A DNA stretch of 63,623 bases, the filler included, from Saprolegnia diclina VS20 (lineage: Eukaryota): NCBI RefSeq assembly GCF_000281045.1. It is 6 parts of 2 records of this genome, joined end to end, with 100 filler letters (N's around TTAATTAATTAA, not from the genome) between each part and the next. Parts side by side here need not be neighbours in the genome. Positions count along the whole stretch, not along the records: positions 9,637 to 19,673 come from NW_008246123.1; positions 19,774 to 42,130 come from NW_008246123.1; 4 more parts are not named here. The stretch is one strand, 5' to 3'. Positions 12,034-21,542 of the stretch are shown in pieces. How positions within the stretch are numbered: position 1 is the first letter of the stretch; each line of letters starts with the position of its first letter. The notes beneath the pieces are model-generated. The model had not been told where the DNA came from. It saw only the letters and a list, made by a program, of their open reading frames with translations, and ran no database searches. Both the position numbers and the translations under genes were made by a program.

Positions 12034-12677
12034 GCGTAGAGGAAGCTAGAGAAGGTCGACGAAAGTTGTACCGGTCGAAAACAATGCCTCCGCGCAGAAA
12101 CGTACAAGAGTGAGCTGCCGAGCCCACGGCGGGATTTCATCATGAGCGCCAGGTGACGTGATAGCAATTCCGGTCCGAATGAGACGGGTCGCGATATCTT
12201 TGACCAGTTAGCTGCCAGGGCCAGCTACCGACTTGCGTGTGCTAGCTACAATGCAGCTACTGGAAACAGCCAGCTTTAGACATGAGCTGGCTGCCGACGC
12301 TAGCCGGTGACGAGGAGTGTTAGAGCATTACGACAGATCGCCACATGCGAGAACCAGTTTCGGCCGCGCTGCGGAAGAGGTCGACGACACATATCGTGCC
12401 TGTTGGGTCGTCACCGCTCGCATCAAGTAGCTTTCTGAATGCGTTTGACGCGTTCGTAGAAGGGTGGCCGTTGCGTGGTCGCTGAAGCTGGCATACTTCA
12501 AATATGCGAGTGCATACGGAGCACTACCGGCTACCGGTACGAGGCTGAGGCACTCGCTTGAAGCCACGTTGGTTTCTTTGTATGTTCTTTCATTCCGTAC
12601 TACAATGCCCCGCCGAAAAAGCAGGTCATGGACGAGAAGCTGACGTATTCATTGCTTTCTTCCATCCAAAACAAACG

Positions 12678-12682
12678 AAAAA
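12678..12682 (-). terminator. Pol III T5 terminator of the tRNA-Pro gene
   Basis: AAAAA on + strand directly abutting the tRNA discriminator base. Confidence 0.8.
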
Positions 12683-12747
12683 GGGCCCAACCGGTAATCG
12701 AAACCGGGACCTCTCGCACCCAAAGCGAGAATCATACCACTAGACCA
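12683..12747 (-). tRNA. tRNA-Pro: tRNA-Pro(UGG), nucleotides 8 to 3' end; gene interrupted by a retrotransposon
   Basis: Minus strand reads TGGTCTAGTGGTATGATT-CTCGC-TTTGGGT-GCGAG-AGGTC-CCGGT-TTCGATT-ACCGG-TTGGGCC-C followed by TTTTT. Anticodon TGG, intact T arm. The 5' acceptor strand is missing here and is found at 17133-17139. Confidence 0.95.
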
Positions 12748-15700
12748 AAGCTGCGGGAGTCCACGACAGTGTACGACGTGGGATACCAGGTCGTCCTTCG
12801 TGGTGTTGCGGGTAAGCCGCATGCGGTGCTTCGCGCGCCGAAACGCTGCTAAAGCGGCCACGGCCCCCGAACAACACCTCAACACCGCCATCTCTCTCGC
12901 TACCATCAACATCAACAACATTCCCGACAACGGCCACCTCTTGATCGAAAACTTGCTCAGCCTGTACTCGCTCACGGCTCTGCAAGAGGTCAAGCTTCGT
13001 GACTACAAACACCTCAAAGGTTTTACGTACCACCTCAACACGACGTTCGGCAACGACGCGTACTTCCTCGCCGTGACGGACCACCGCAAGACGCTGGAGT
13101 CGTCGAGCGCCGGTCGGAGCGGCGGCGTCATGACCTTGGTCATGTCGTCATTCCCTGGCTTTGCGGAGCTCCAGCACCTCGAGCATTTGGACGTCGTTGA
13201 CCGCTATCACGTGCTACAGACGCGCTGGGATACCACGGTCATCTACATCCACAACGTCTACGCACCGGTGCAACATAGCGCCCGACGAGCTTTCTATGCG
13301 TCGCTGCCGACGGCCTTCGAGGACGACGCGCGCCACATTGTGCTCGGTGATCTCAACATGCCGCTCGACCTACATCGGGACGTCTACCATGTCGGCGCTC
13401 AGCACTGGACGGGCCGCGACGCTGGCCTCGAATGGCTTTCCAACTTGGACGTGGTCGACACGTGGCGCAAACACAACCCGTCGGGCCGCGCATTCTCAGG
13501 GCCCGGTCGACTCAACCGCCTCGACTACATTCTGGTCGACGCGGCGTTGGCCGCTGCGCGCTACAAATCCAGCTCATATCATTCCCACGACAACGCCGGT
13601 GATCATTGGTACCACTGTGTCCAGTTGAGTCCTCCCGGCGTGGAACCCGGCAAGGGCTACTGGAAGCTGCCACGTGAGTTGCTGCACGACGACGACGTCC
13701 GCGACACGATCTTGGCCGAGGCGCAGGCGTTCCTGCCGGTCCTCGAAGCGGCAAACAACCCGGGAGTCGTCTGGTCCGGCTGGATGAAGCGCGTGCGCAA
13801 GGTGCTGCAAGACGTCCAGCGGTACCGACATCAAGCCGACCAAGCCGCGCTCCGACACGAACAACAAAGCCTTGCAGTGGCCAAGCGCCATCACGCCGCG
13901 GGGCTCGTCTCGGACGCAGACCTTCAAGTCGCTCGTGCCACGGCGCAGGCCGCATCGGAAGCCCGCCGGCGCGCCTCGCGCGATCGACGGTTTGACGTGC
14001 AGCTCAAGCAGATGGAAACGTCGTCGACAGCGTTCTTCACGCCGCCGACTGCCCACATGCAGAACGTGCCCGTCGCCGGCGCTATTGACGTCGATGGCCG
14101 TCGGGTCACCGGCGCCGATGGCGTCGCCCGAGCGTTTCAACAGCACTGGAAATCGATTTTTACGCGCGCCGACGGCACGGCGCCCAACCGACGAGTCCGC
14201 CGCCAAGTGACGCGGCGCCTGAGCCGACGACTGACGGAAGCCCAGAAGGCCGCGCTCGCGGAACCGCTGACGGACGAGGACTTTGCCTCGGCGATCCGGA
14301 CGATGCGCGCTAACGGCGCCCCGGGCCTCGACGGCTTTTCCGCTGAATTTTACAAGCTGGACCCGAACCTCTTTGGCCGCATGCTGCGCATCGTTTTTGC
14401 CGCGCAATTGGCTCGTGGCCAGATGCTGCGTCGACACCGTGAGTCGGCGGTCATCATGCTCTACAAGAACGGCGACCGGGAGCTGCCCAGCAACTACCGG
14501 CCGATCACGCTCATGTCGGTCGAGCTCAAGGTGCTCTCGCGCGTGCTGGCCCACCGTCTGGCGGTCGTGCTTCCGTCCCTCATCCACCCCATGCAGACGG
14601 GATTTGTCCGCGGGCGCCGGATCCACGACAACTTGTGCTTGCTCGAGTCGATCCAGACATATGTCTCGACTGACTTCGACAACAAGGGTCTTGCGACTTT
14701 TCTCGACTTTTCCAAGGCCTTCGACCGCGTCGACTGGAACTTTATGTTCGGGTGCATGGCCCAAGTCGGCATCCCGCCCGAGTTTACGCAGTGGGTGCGC
14801 CTCTTGTACATGGGACCCGTCGTCTCCATATTCATCAACGGCCACAAGGCGCCGCCGATATGGCCCAACCGTGGCGTCAAGCAAGGGTGCCCGCTCTCGC
14901 CGCTGCTCTTCGTGCTGACGATTGAGCCGCTGAGTGAAATGCTGCGCCGCAAGGACGGCCTGGGGATACCGCTGCCGTGTGGGTATTGGGCGTGCGGCGC
15001 GCTCTTCGCCGACGACGTCACGCTTTTCTCGGACAACGCCGCATGCCTCGACGATCAACTCGAGATCGTCGAGGCATACTGCGCCGGGTCTGGAGCCCAA
15101 CTGAACCGCGACAAGAGCAAGACCATCGTCCTCAACAACCAACGGCCGATCGGCGGCTGGCCTGGCATCAACCTCGTCCCCTCTGGCGTCGCAGTCAAGT
15201 ACCTCGGCGTCCTCTTTGGTCACAAGATCGGGAACGCAGAACGCCTCGCCGTCCTCGACAGCCGCTTCTACAAGTGCTTCAGCACATGGGGTGTGCGCGG
15301 CCGGACGCTCCGTGGTCGCCGCCTCATCGTCCAAGCCATTGTCATGTCGATGCTTCGATACTACACCGAAGTCGTCGTGGTGCCGCCGGACCGGCTGGAC
15401 AAGTGGCAAGCCATGATCAACCGGTACGTCATCTGCCGCAAGTCCCGGCCAAGCGACAAGAGCATGATCCTTGTCCGCACGCCGGTGATGCACGACCCCG
15501 ACGTCGGCTTGAACCTGCCACACGTCGAATCGATGATCGCAAGTCAACGCCTGCGGCGGTTGCAGCTCCTGCTACGCCTCTGCACGGACGACACCCAGCA
15601 GTGGGCTGGCCTGGTCAGCTGGCAGCTCGAGACCTGCATCGCGCCGTATGGCCGACCCGACCACCCGGACTTTTTGTACTACCATCCGTGCATATCGACG

Positions 15701-17116
15701 CAGCTGATCGACCTCGCCGAAGTGTCGCCGCTCTGGCGTGACATCTGGTCGCATTGGCACAAGCTTCCGTGGACGCTCAAGTCCTACACGGCCCCCACGG
15801 CGCTGCAACACCTGGCCGACCTGGTTGACACCCCGATCTGGCTCCAAGTACTCCCGACGTTTCATGTGACTCGCTCGGTGACCCAAGAGATGTGCCTCGC
15901 CGTGAAGCTCGGGTACCACCGCCCGTTCTACGCCGCGGTTGCTGCCTCAGACCTCCGCACGCTGCGCTCGTTCATGTCCGCCAGCGGCGAGTGGCCGACA
16001 CTCCCGCAATTTACGGCGTTGGTGAACGGCCGCGTCGCAGGTTCCGACGCGCCCCGACCCGTGTCGCTCGCCGTGCTCTACAAGGACATCACGCACATTT
16101 GGCAAGCCGCGTGCCTCGCCTCGGGCGCCACCGGGGGTGCGTTCCCAGCACTGCCGCTCGGCACGCGCACGCCGTTCATGCTCCTTCCGTTCTCGGACGC
16201 CCGGGTTCCTATCGAGACGGCGCCCCACGCTATTGTACGCTCAACCGCGTCGACTAGCCCCGTGGTCACGGAGGTGCAAAACCACCCTTGGGTCTCGACG
16301 CTGCGCCCATCACTCTACGCGATCCAGGCCTCCCAAGTGGGGTTCATGGAGTCGTACAAGTTCGCCGCGCCGGTGTACAGCGACCTTTGGCGCCGCATGC
16401 TCTTCAAGATGCTACCGCTCAACTACAAGTTCGTCTTCAAGCAGGACACCGACGCCCACGCCCTCGACTGCACGCGTGCCGACTGCGTCGCCGTCGAAAC
16501 CGAGTGCCACGCGCTGTGGGAATGTCCCGCAGTGGCCCCCTTGTGGGAGTGGCACTTGGCCGCGTGGTCGCGGGCAGGCATCTCGTGGTCCTGGGAGACC
16601 GTGCTGCACCCGGAAGAATTTGACGTGCCGCAACGGCTCGTAAAGGCCTACAAGGTCTTCTACCGCCTCTGGTTCAGCCTGGTCGCCACGACGTTGCACT
16701 ACATCTGGACCAACCGCAACAAGATCAAGTTCGAGTCCAAGACGCCCTTTATCATGCCAGTCGCCGGAAGCGAGACTCGCGAGCTGTGGCTCTCGTGTGT
16801 CCGCGCGTGGCTCCGCAACGACCCCAAAGCACCGCGCAGCCGCATCGACGCCGCGCTCCAAGAACTCGGCCTCGCCCCGCTCTCCAACGGCCGCCAACGG
16901 CGACCTGCGCTCCGCCGCCCGACCTCGTAGGTCTATTTATGCGACCTCGGGGTCCGGCAGCGCGCCAACGTCATCCCGAGACGTGATCAAGAAAACAAGA
17001 AACAAGAAAAACAAGTACCGCGGAACCTAGACACGCCTTTTTAGGATAGTGAAAAGAAGTTCTACTGAGTGAGTCCTTTCTCGGAAGGGCAATATCAATA
17101 TACGCTCATTTGCCGG
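12748..17116 (+). mobile_element. Non-LTR retrotransposon (L1 group, L1/Tx1-like), 4369 bp, flanked by a 16-bp TSD
   Basis: Identical direct repeats TCATACCACTAGACCA at 12732-12747 and 17117-17132 enclose an APE-RT-CCHC ORF. Confidence 0.95.
12821..16930 (+). CDS. LINE ORF2: apurinic endonuclease + reverse transcriptase + C-terminal CCHC zinc knuckle (1369 aa from ATG 12821)
   Basis: APE motifs LATINI, LQEVK, NVYAP, GDLN, RLDYILV, GDH, GYWKL. RT motifs APGLDGFSAEFYK, NYRPITL, QTGFVRGR, DFSKAFDRVDW, GVKQGCPLSPLLF, FADD, KYLGV. Zinc knuckle CTRADC...HALWECP. No internal stops. Confidence 0.96.
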   Translation: MRCFARRNAAKAATAPEQHLNTAISLATININNIPDNGHLLIENLLSLYSLTALQEVKLRDYKHLKGFTYHLNTTFGNDAYFLAVTDHRKTLESSSAGRSGGVMTLVMSSFPGFAELQHLEHLDVVDRYHVLQTRWDTTVIYIHNVYAPVQHSARRAFYASLPTAFEDDARHIVLGDLNMPLDLHRDVYHVGAQHWTGRDAGLEWLSNLDVVDTWRKHNPSGRAFSGPGRLNRLDYILVDAALAAARYKSSSYHSHDNAGDHWYHCVQLSPPGVEPGKGYWKLPRELLHDDDVRDTILAEAQAFLPVLEAANNPGVVWSGWMKRVRKVLQDVQRYRHQADQAALRHEQQSLAVAKRHHAAGLVSDADLQVARATAQAASEARRRASRDRRFDVQLKQMETSSTAFFTPPTAHMQNVPVAGAIDVDGRRVTGADGVARAFQQHWKSIFTRADGTAPNRRVRRQVTRRLSRRLTEAQKAALAEPLTDEDFASAIRTMRANGAPGLDGFSAEFYKLDPNLFGRMLRIVFAAQLARGQMLRRHRESAVIMLYKNGDRELPSNYRPITLMSVELKVLSRVLAHRLAVVLPSLIHPMQTGFVRGRRIHDNLCLLESIQTYVSTDFDNKGLATFLDFSKAFDRVDWNFMFGCMAQVGIPPEFTQWVRLLYMGPVVSIFINGHKAPPIWPNRGVKQGCPLSPLLFVLTIEPLSEMLRRKDGLGIPLPCGYWACGALFADDVTLFSDNAACLDDQLEIVEAYCAGSGAQLNRDKSKTIVLNNQRPIGGWPGINLVPSGVAVKYLGVLFGHKIGNAERLAVLDSRFYKCFSTWGVRGRTLRGRRLIVQAIVMSMLRYYTEVVVVPPDRLDKWQAMINRYVICRKSRPSDKSMILVRTPVMHDPDVGLNLPHVESMIASQRLRRLQLLLRLCTDDTQQWAGLVSWQLETCIAPYGRPDHPDFLYYHPCISTQLIDLAEVSPLWRDIWSHWHKLPWTLKSYTAPTALQHLADLVDTPIWLQVLPTFHVTRSVTQEMCLAVKLGYHRPFYAAVAASDLRTLRSFMSASGEWPTLPQFTALVNGRVAGSDAPRPVSLAVLYKDITHIWQAACLASGATGGAFPALPLGTRTPFMLLPFSDARVPIETAPHAIVRSTASTSPVVTEVQNHPWVSTLRPSLYAIQASQVGFMESYKFAAPVYSDLWRRMLFKMLPLNYKFVFKQDTDAHALDCTRADCVAVETECHALWECPAVAPLWEWHLAAWSRAGISWSWETVLHPEEFDVPQRLVKAYKVFYRLWFSLVATTLHYIWTNRNKIKFESKTPFIMPVAGSETRELWLSCVRAWLRNDPKAPRSRIDAALQELGLAPLSNGRQRRPALRRPTS

Positions 17117-17139
17117 TCATACCACTAGACCATTAGGCC
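17117..17139 (-). tRNA. tRNA-Pro: Displaced 5' end (nt 1-23) of the interrupted tRNA-Pro gene
   Basis: Minus strand GGCCTAATGGTCTAGTGGTATGA. GGCCTAA pairs with TTGGGCC (12684-12690) to give a 7-bp acceptor stem with one G-U pair. Confidence 0.93.
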
Positions 17140-17202
17140 GCCTCATGCACGCTGAATCTTTCCCGCAGAGACAGCTCGGAGCTTTTTTAGAGCGTCGCCA
17201 AC

Positions 17203-17859
17203 GTGCAGCAGCTATTCAAGATGAAGGCGCTCATGGAGAAGGAAAAAGCGTACCTCGTCCACGGTGGCGACTGCAATGTCACGACGCGCTTTGTGGCGCC
17301 GTCTCTCTTCAACTACAAGGACGACATGGCGGCCTTTAATGCGAGCGCGCTCATGGACGACGAGCTCTTTGGTCCGCTGCTGCCGATTGTTTACTACAGC
17401 GACTTTGCCGCAGTCCTTGAAACCATTCGGTTCAAGCCCAAGCCACTGGCGCTCTACGTCTTTAGCCGCAACGAAGACCGTATCCAAGCAGCGCTACAGC
17501 ACACGTCGTCGGGCAGCGTCGTCATCAACGACTGCGTCATGCAGATGGGCAACTTGAATCTGCCGTTCGGCGGCGTCGGCGGCTCGGGGCTCGGGACGTA
17601 CCACGGACAGCGCTCGTTCACGACGTTCAGCCACACGAAAGCGGTGTTGCGCAAGTACTTTTGGCTCGACTTGCCGCAGCGCTACATGCCCTACACGCGT
17701 CTCTCAACCGTCATTGTCCGCGCCGTCATGACGCCACTGCCACGGACGCTGCTGCGGCGGTCCATGGCGCTGTTTGCGATGCTCTCGCTCATGTGGCTGC
17801 GTCGTCCGCGCGTTCTGACTCTCGTGACGCGTCTTTTGCAGGTCCTCCGCGAGGCATGA
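17203..17859 (+). pseudogene. C-terminal half of an aldehyde dehydrogenase (ALDH3/fatty aldehyde dehydrogenase-like)
   Basis: ELFGPLLPIV, KPLALYVFS, SGSVVIND, LPFGGVGGSGLGTYHG and a hydrophobic tail. No N-terminal NAD-binding half or catalytic Cys region found upstream. Confidence 0.7.
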
Positions 17860-19773
17860 AGATAGAAGTGTATTGACACGCAATTGAGATGTAGTAGGAG
17901 CATGTTTAACTGGAACACTCTACTCTTTCGTAAGATGCATCCATCACTGCTTGACGGTCACCCACCGCACCTTTGCAGCAGCTGACACTCTATTGCACTC
18001 AATGCTGGTACCAAAATGACCTGATTCGGCCAACAAAACTTGGTTGCGAGAAAAGTGAGTGGGCTATTCCACAACGAAAGGGCCCGCGAAGAGCTTCCGC
18101 GAAGAAGTGGTGTGTGGCGTCATCATTGAGTTTAGCTCAGCCCCATGGGCGAGTATGTACATGTCNNNNNNNNNNNNNNNNNNNNNNNNNNNNNNNNNNN
18201 NNNNNNNNNNNNNNNNNNNNNNNNNNNNNNNNNNNNNNNNNNNNNNNNNNNNNNNNNNNNNNNNNNNNNNNNNNNNNNNNNNNNNNNNNNNNNNNNNNNN
18301 NNNNNNNNNNNNNNNNNNNNNNNNNNNNNNNNNNNNNNNNNNNNNNNNNNNNNNNNNNNNNNNNNNNNNNNNNNNNNNNNNNNNNNNNNNNNNNNNNNNN
18401 NNNNNNNNNNNNNNNNNNNNNNNNNNNNNNNNNNNNNNNNNNNNNNNNNNNNNNNNNNNNNNNNNNNNNNNNNNNNNNNNNNNNNNNNNNNNNNNNNNNN
18501 NNNNNNNNNNNNNNNNNNNNNNNNNNNNNNNNNNNNNNNNNNNNNNNNNNNNNNNNNNNNNNNNNNNNNNNNNNNNNNNNNNNNNNNNNNNNNNNNNNNN
18601 NNNNNNNNNNNNNNNNNNNNNNNNNNNNNNNNNNNNNNNNNNNNNNNNNNNNNNNNNNNNNNNNNNNNNNNNNNNNNNNNNNNNNNNNNNNNNNNNNNNN
18701 NNNNNNNNNNNNNNNNNNNNNNNNNNNNNNNNNNNNNNNNNNNNNNNNNNNNNNNNNNNNNNNNNNNNNNNNNNNNNNNNNNNNNNNNNNNNNNNNNNNN
18801 NNNNNNNNNNNNNNNNNNNNNNNNNNNNNNNNNNNNNNNNNNNNNNNNNNNNNNNNNNNNNNNNNNNNNNNNNNNNNNNNNNNNNNNNNNNNNNNNNNNN
18901 NNNNNNNNNNNNNNNNNNNNNNNNNNNNNNNNNNNNNNNNNNNNNNNNNNNNNNNNNNNNNNNNNNNNNNNNNNNNNNNNNNNNNNNNNNNNNNNNNNNN
19001 NNNNNNNNNNNNNNNNNNNNNNNNNNNNNNNNNNNNNNNNNNNNNNNNNNNNNNNNNNNNNNNNNNNNNNNNNNNNNNNNNNNNNNNNNNNNNNNCAGAT
19101 TCAGTGTCGTTGCCAGTCGACCACAACCGCGACGACCGCACTCAATAACCAACCTACCGGTACAGTACCTGGTGCCTTAGCTAAGACGCGACAAAATGCT
19201 CAGTGGATTACATTTGACAGTACCGGAAGTTGAAACCCTAGACCCTATACCTGGGGTCGAGTTGATCGAGTCTGAAGTCGTTTCGTTTGGCGTTTTCGAA
19301 GACTTTTGCGTCGGTGGTTCTTAGCAAGCTGTACATTGCTGTGTGTATGCACCCAGTCACGAGAGCTACAGTGGACTCTTATCGGAACCGTAAGCACGTA
19401 GTGGGATCTTGGCGACAGCCGCACAGCTCACAGCCGCCTACAGACGATCCATTGATCGAGGTCGTGGCTGGCTCGCTTTTCGCATCAGATCAAATGCAGC
19501 CAAAGGGAGCCGTATTTCTCTAGTCCCGAGACAGCACTACAGTAATTGAACGACGGACGATGCTACTTAGTTAACCCGAAGCAGCCACAACCCCACTGCA
19601 TACATTCTGATACGCACCCGCTGTCTTTGTGGTAGCGTCCCGTTTGTGACCAGATCTCTTGTGATCGCCAACCNNNNNNNNNNNNNNNNNNNNNNNNNNN
19701 NNNNNNNNNNNNNNNNNTTAATTAATTAANNNNNNNNNNNNNNNNNNNNNNNNNNNNNNNNNNNNNNNNNNNN

Positions 19774-19961
19774 GCACCTGAACGCATGCCTCGTCCTTGC
19801 GGTACGGCGATTCTATCAAGTTGATATATGCTCATGGCGCGTGGTTAGGGTTGTCATTCGCTGGTCGAGATCGACGGCAAGATGATTGGCGACCCGGTCG
19901 AAGAAGCGTCGCTGCGTGCGATCGACTTTACGTACGACGTCAAGAGCAAGACGTGCGCGCC
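19774..19961 (+). repeat. 188-bp copy of an internal P5A ATPase segment (23333-23520), including its intron
   Basis: Alignment by eye shows 4 substitutions: 3 synonymous and 1 intronic. Confidence 0.92.
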
Positions 19962-20236
19962 AGTCGGACTTGGACGATGGTGATGACGACGGCGAGGTAC
20001 GCAGACCGAACGCTGGCGACTTTTCATGCGTGGCCTGCACGAATAGCTCCACGCGCGTCAAGTGACGCCCAAGCCGGAGCCCCACGCCGCCTCGAGCACA
20101 GCCCATGTGGCTCAAGAAGAGCGCCTTTGAATGTTGACAGCCGTGGACTGCGTCGTGCATGCCATTGTCGTTGCTGGCACCCGTAGACAAAGAGGACACA
20201 GAGGAAACGAAAGCAACACGGACTCGTATTCGTACG

Positions 20237-20689
20237 TTAAATAGGCGTCGACGGGTTGTACCACAAGGCAAAAACGAGCGCAAACAAGGTGGCGATGAGC
20301 AAGCGATGGGTGACGAGCTCGGTGCGCATGGTCGCGAACAGCTCCGTGTCCAAGTACCGAATGCGTAGGTGCATGTCAAGCGTGGCTTGGACGTCCGTCA
20401 ACTTGAGGCGCATGCTTTCAAAGCCTCCCGTCATCGACATGTACGCAAAGTCCGTGACAAAGAAGAGGCCGGCCACGGCCTGCGCGAGAAATTGGACGTC
20501 GTTCGTCGCCGGTGGAGCTGGCGCCGCGGCCATGGCGGCCAGCGCTTCGACAGGCGCAGGCAGCAGCGCGGCGTCCGCCAAAGCTTCGACCGGCGCAGAC
20601 GGTGCAGACGGCGCAGACGGTGGAGCGTCAAAAGCGGGCGGGCTCTCTCGCTTAATGTAGTGGTCCATCGTTTCTCGGTACGCTTCAAA
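20237..20689 (-). CDS. 3' part of a hypothetical protein with Pro/Ala-rich linker and C-terminal TM helix
   Basis: FEAYRETMDHYIKRESPP...LLIATLFALVFALWY. The first 39 nt are identical to the contig end at 39938-39976. Confidence 0.6.
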   Translation of the reverse strand, partial: FEAYRETMDHYIKRESPPAFDAPPSAPSAPSAPVEALADAALLPAPVEALAAMAAAPAPPATNDVQFLAQAVAGLFFVTDFAYMSMTGGFESMRLKLTDVQATLDMHLRIRYLDTELFATMRTELVTHRLLIATLFALVFALWYNPSTPI

Positions 20690-21542
20690 NNNNNNNNNNN
20701 NNNNNNNNNNNNNNNNNNNNNNNNNNNNNNNNNNNNNNNNNNNNNNNNNNNNNNNNNNNNNNNNNNNNNNNNNNNNNNNNNNNNNNNNNNNNNNNNNNNN
20801 NNNNNNNNNNNNNNNNNNNNNNNNNNNNNNNNNNNNNNNNNNNNNNNNNNNNNNNNNNNNNNNNNNNNNNNNNNNNNNNNNNNNNNNNNNNNNNNNNNNN
20901 NNNNNNNNNNNNNNNNNNNNNNNNNNNNNNNNNNNNNNNNNNNNNNNNNNNNNNNNNNNNNNNNNNNNNNNNNNNNNNNNNNNNNNNNNNNNNNNNNNNN
21001 NNNNNNNNNNNNNNNNNNNNNNNNNNNNNNNNNNNNNNNNNNNNNNNNNNNNNNNNNNNNNNNNNNNNNNNNNNNNNNNNNNNNNNNNNNNNNNNNNNNN
21101 NAGGCGTCGCCTCAGCATGCAGCCCATGCGAGTCATAGAGACGCTCATCCTGTCTACGTCGTCTCGAGACAGCTCTCGAGACTTCATGGGTGTACCTTCT
21201 GGTCGCGCCGATGGAAACCTCCTTGCATCAACTTCAACAATCCTCGCTGCCACTACATCATCACCGCCAGGGCCATGACCTCGACGCCGCATCAGTAGCA
21301 ATAGCATGCACTAACTTGCTCTTGAGATACATGACGCCCTTCGCCCACGCCTTCTTCGCCATCCTCCTCCTCGTCGCGAACATCCTCATGATCGTCGTCA
21401 CGAGCTCCGAGGCGACGCGTGGCGCAAGCAGTGTCTTTAACGAGGGGCGATGCGCTTTTGTCCGGATAAGGGAGCGGGATAAAAGAACGTGTCCGGATAC
21501 GACAGCCCGGTCCAGTCAACTCCGTATTTGTGGAAGTGCAGG

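Noticed and set aside
12683..12754. Idea that the element's 5' end repairs the tRNA acceptor stem
   Set aside because: The replacement bases GCAGCTT give only two Watson-Crick pairs with TTGGGCC.
13574..15547. Long antisense ORFs (657 aa here; also 21765-23378, 36961-39021, 58159-59496)
   Set aside because: Shadow ORFs opposite real GC-rich genes with strong codon bias; no recognisable motifs.
17065..17100. Hammerhead-ribozyme-like CTGAGTGA plus hairpin in the LINE 3' UTR
   Set aside because: The core has an extra base and lacks the GAAA after stem II; no convincing stems I and III.
17973..19233. ORFs of 330-390 aa in the track
   Set aside because: Consist almost entirely of N-derived X residues.
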